Shown: one piece after another, positions 61,113-64,000 of the stretch | Position numbering within the stretch: position 1 is the first letter of the stretch | Layout of the letters: each line of letters starts with the position of its first letter | Assembly: GCA_002269645.1 (NCBI GenBank) | Contig: NIVC01002603.1 | Location: forward strand, 62,001-126,000 | DNA length: 64,000 nucleotides | From: Macrostomum lignano | Taxonomy: Eukaryota | Direction: 5' to 3' | Made by a program: the position numbers and the translations under genes | Notes under the pieces: model-generated | What the model was told of the DNA's origin: nothing | The model's input: the letters and a program-made list of their open reading frames with translations, nothing else | Databases searched by the model: none

Positions 61113-62869
61113 TTACCAAAAATATTAGCAAGTCTCTAGAGTCTCTACTACATCGGTCCTTGATTATAAGCTTAGCTTTTTATGTGACTTCATTGAGACT
61201 GTTTTCATGAAAAATGTGTTCTTTCCCAAATCTTTCTATCTTTCATGCAGTAAGTTTTTTATGCTCAATTTTTCTTTTCACGTCGGGGCTCGAAATATTT
61301 TTTTACTTAATTTTCTAAATTTCTACTGATCAACCCCTTCAAGTAAAAAATAGCATTAATAAGTTTTAACTACTTTTAATTGTTGAAATAACTCGCTAAT
61401 TTTGTAGGTTGTAGCAACAACATCAGCTCTTTGCCTCGCTACATTTTTAAACGTGTCATCTCAACAAAGCAATTTTAAATATAATTTTATATTCTCTTAA
61501 TTGTTCTAGAACCGTTCAGATAAATTTGCAAACTGTGGGACTTTTCATTGCCTAATTTAAAAGTGCTGCAGTAAAACTCCAGATTTTATTATAAAAATTA
61601 CTCACGACTTAATAATTCGGAGTTGCTAATAACTAATTTTATGAAGCATCTAATTAGAATTAGAATTAGAATTAGATGCATGAAACGCCTCACTTACGAA
61701 CTTTTTACCAAGTCACGTTGGCACTATTTCAGTTGTGTTTTTTTCTACGAAACGAAAGATTGATCGACTGGGCTTGGCTGGCCTAATCATGAAAAGTTCA
61801 GATTTTTTAATTCCGCAGCTTGCGCAGTTAAGATAGGAGTTTTGAAGCAGTAATAGTACCAAATTAATTGAACAGGTGTTTTTTTCTAAAGCTTGATTAA
61901 AGCTCTAAAGCTAGATCCTAACACTATAAAAATGTATTTAAAAGCATCATTCATGTATCAATATCAAGTGACATGTATAATTTTGTTTTAATTTTCAATT
62001 TTTAGTTGGCCTTACTTTAGTCTAGTCTAGATAGACAATAATTCAACTTAATACTAGGTTTTAAATAGCTAACTAATGAAGGCTTATTAAGCATGCACAT
62101 AGTATAATATATATAATCTATTTATCAATACTCTATAATTATAGTTGTAGTCCAAGTATTATGCTATTCAGCTATTGCTAACACTCCTTAATGCACACTG
62201 TGCATGTGGTAGTGGACTACCTAGGACCTTATTGCATATAAGAAATGTCCCCAAAAACAGCACCTTTGAGAGTATTCTGAATTAATTCTAAATTAATTTT
62301 AAATTAATACTAAATTAATTTTTTACTTTTAATTCTAAACAATAAAAAAGTAGCAAAAGCAAAAAGTCATAGAGTAAAAATTCAATGCATCACACAGTGT
62401 AGTAGTCTAATGTAAGAAAGTGATGCAGTTTGCTAAATTGCTAATCTGCTAGAAATGCTCAAAAATATCAAAGTAATACACTTTTATTTATGCTAATAAC
62501 ACTATTAAACGTTTTATTTATCAGTTAAGCCAATAACAAAAATTTTATCCCAAAATAAAAACTAGGCCTAAATTAAAACTTTATAATAATTAATATGAAA
62601 ATAACCTAAGATCTATCGCTTTGCAATTGCAAACAATGTCATAGAGTTGGTAAGATAGATAAAAATCTGGTTAAATTTCAATAGCTTTGATATATATCAG
62701 CTGTAGTTATTATGAGACCATTTTAATATGTTGGTTTATAATAGTGTGTGTCAATGTATGTAAGTAGAAGTGCATTATATTGTATGCATTGATAATAAAG
62801 AATTAATCCATTTGATCTATACCCACCTTTTTTATCCTACATTCCCCATCCACTTACTTCTTGGCTTTG

Positions 62870-63760
62870 CTACAGGGTGATCCAAAGACACAGTAGTGAG
62901 GCAGGCATTGCCCATTTCACTAATCCCTAAGAAGCCTGCATAAGCTAGGGCATGGGGCCAGTCAGGGAGGTCTGCTAGTCTGTCTGCAGCATTGTCTTTG
63001 GTGGGGAAGATGGAGGCTTGTTTGGTAGCTCAGAGGAACCAGATGAGCCATAGGATGTTCTCGGACCAGCAAGTGTCATCTAGGGACAGATTGGACCCCG
63101 AGGTAGTGGAGCTGGCAGTAGCCAGACAGTAGCAGACAAAGTGCTTGGCATCTTTGTTTTCAGAGGAAACTGCCTGGCAAAGCAACCGTGACCTGTGAAG
63201 GTCATAGTGAGAGCACAGATATCTTGTCGATTTTGGTTCAGAAGGATTCTCCGCAGCTTGAGGGACGGGTTGGGCACTGCCACCTGGAATTGACCAGAGG
63301 GGGGCCAAGGGTTGAGCTGGAGCTACCTATCTTAGTGAGGGAGTCAGCAAGCTTGTTACCTTTGAAACTGGCGTTTCTTGGGATCCACGTGAACTAGATG
63401 GTGTTCCTCCGAGCCAGCTTGTTGAGCTGCCCAATATAGTCGCAGACTGTTTGTAGTGGTGTGACACAGGGCCTGCAAGGCAGCCTGGTAGTCAGAGTGG
63501 AAGAAGATTTTTCTGCCTTTGAAGTCCCTCCAGTAGAGCTCAGCTGCACAGGAGCTGATGGCAAGGACTTCGTTCTGGAAGACACTGGAGAGTCTGCCAG
63601 TGTGTTGGGCATGAGAGGCGATCACGCGGCCATTGATAAGGATGCAGAGTCCAAAGCCGGATATACTGTCTTTGGAGGATGTCAGTGAAACAATGAGTCT
63701 CCCGAGGGGCCCAGCTGTCGCCAGCATTCTCCTTGGGAGGATAGTGACCTTGAAGCATTT
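62870..63760 (-). mobile_element. Non-LTR retrotransposon 3' remnant with RNase H domain (I/Loa/R1-like)
   Basis: CFTD.SK, SVFQNEVLAI, FFHSDYQAALQAL, FTWIPRNASFKGNKLADSL in shifting frames with stops. Confidence 0.8.
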
Positions 63761-64000
63761 CCCACCTAGCTAATCTAATCTTTGCCCATTGCGCTTTGGT
63801 GTTCAATTTCATATTAGAGTTACAATCTGGTGCATGACAGCTATGCAAGTGAAATGCCATGGCTCTTGACTCAATTTGTATGTATCGGCTTTTTTCATTT
63901 AAATAACTCAATAGAGCTCCTACCCCAGATGTATCAATTTTGAAAGGAGTGAAAAAAATTGTATGGAGGCTACTGAACTTTGACTTTGTCAGTAGTATCG

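Overview
Eukaryotic (metazoan) genomic DNA: GC-rich, poly-Ala/Gln-rich exons, GT-AG introns mostly filled with tandem repeats, and AT-rich intergenic blocks. The style resembles a Macrostomum-like flatworm (inference only). I assembled five spliced protein genes by hand with phase-compatible junctions. Minus strand: a neuregulin/vein-like EGFR-ligand gene (5' part; runs off the left edge) and a 17-exon, ~1650-aa transmembrane adenylyl-cyclase homolog that has lost key catalytic residues (predicted pseudo-cyclase). Plus strand: CARM1/PRMT4 (5' end unresolved) and two tandem AADAC/NCEH1-like esterases. Also present: a decayed PAN-like + C-type lectin pseudogene; a CMC-EnSpm element with a nested non-autonomous hAT element; a truncated Crypton (tyrosine-recombinase transposon) with nested inverted repeats and a lox/dif-like 16-6-16 palindrome; three tRNA-derived CORE-type SINE copies; an RNase H LINE remnant; a foldback element with a telomere-like loop; and about 35 tandem arrays. 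Most long ORFs in the supplied track are repeat artefacts. All family assignments are from remembered motifs, not database searches. Repeat boundaries are approximate.
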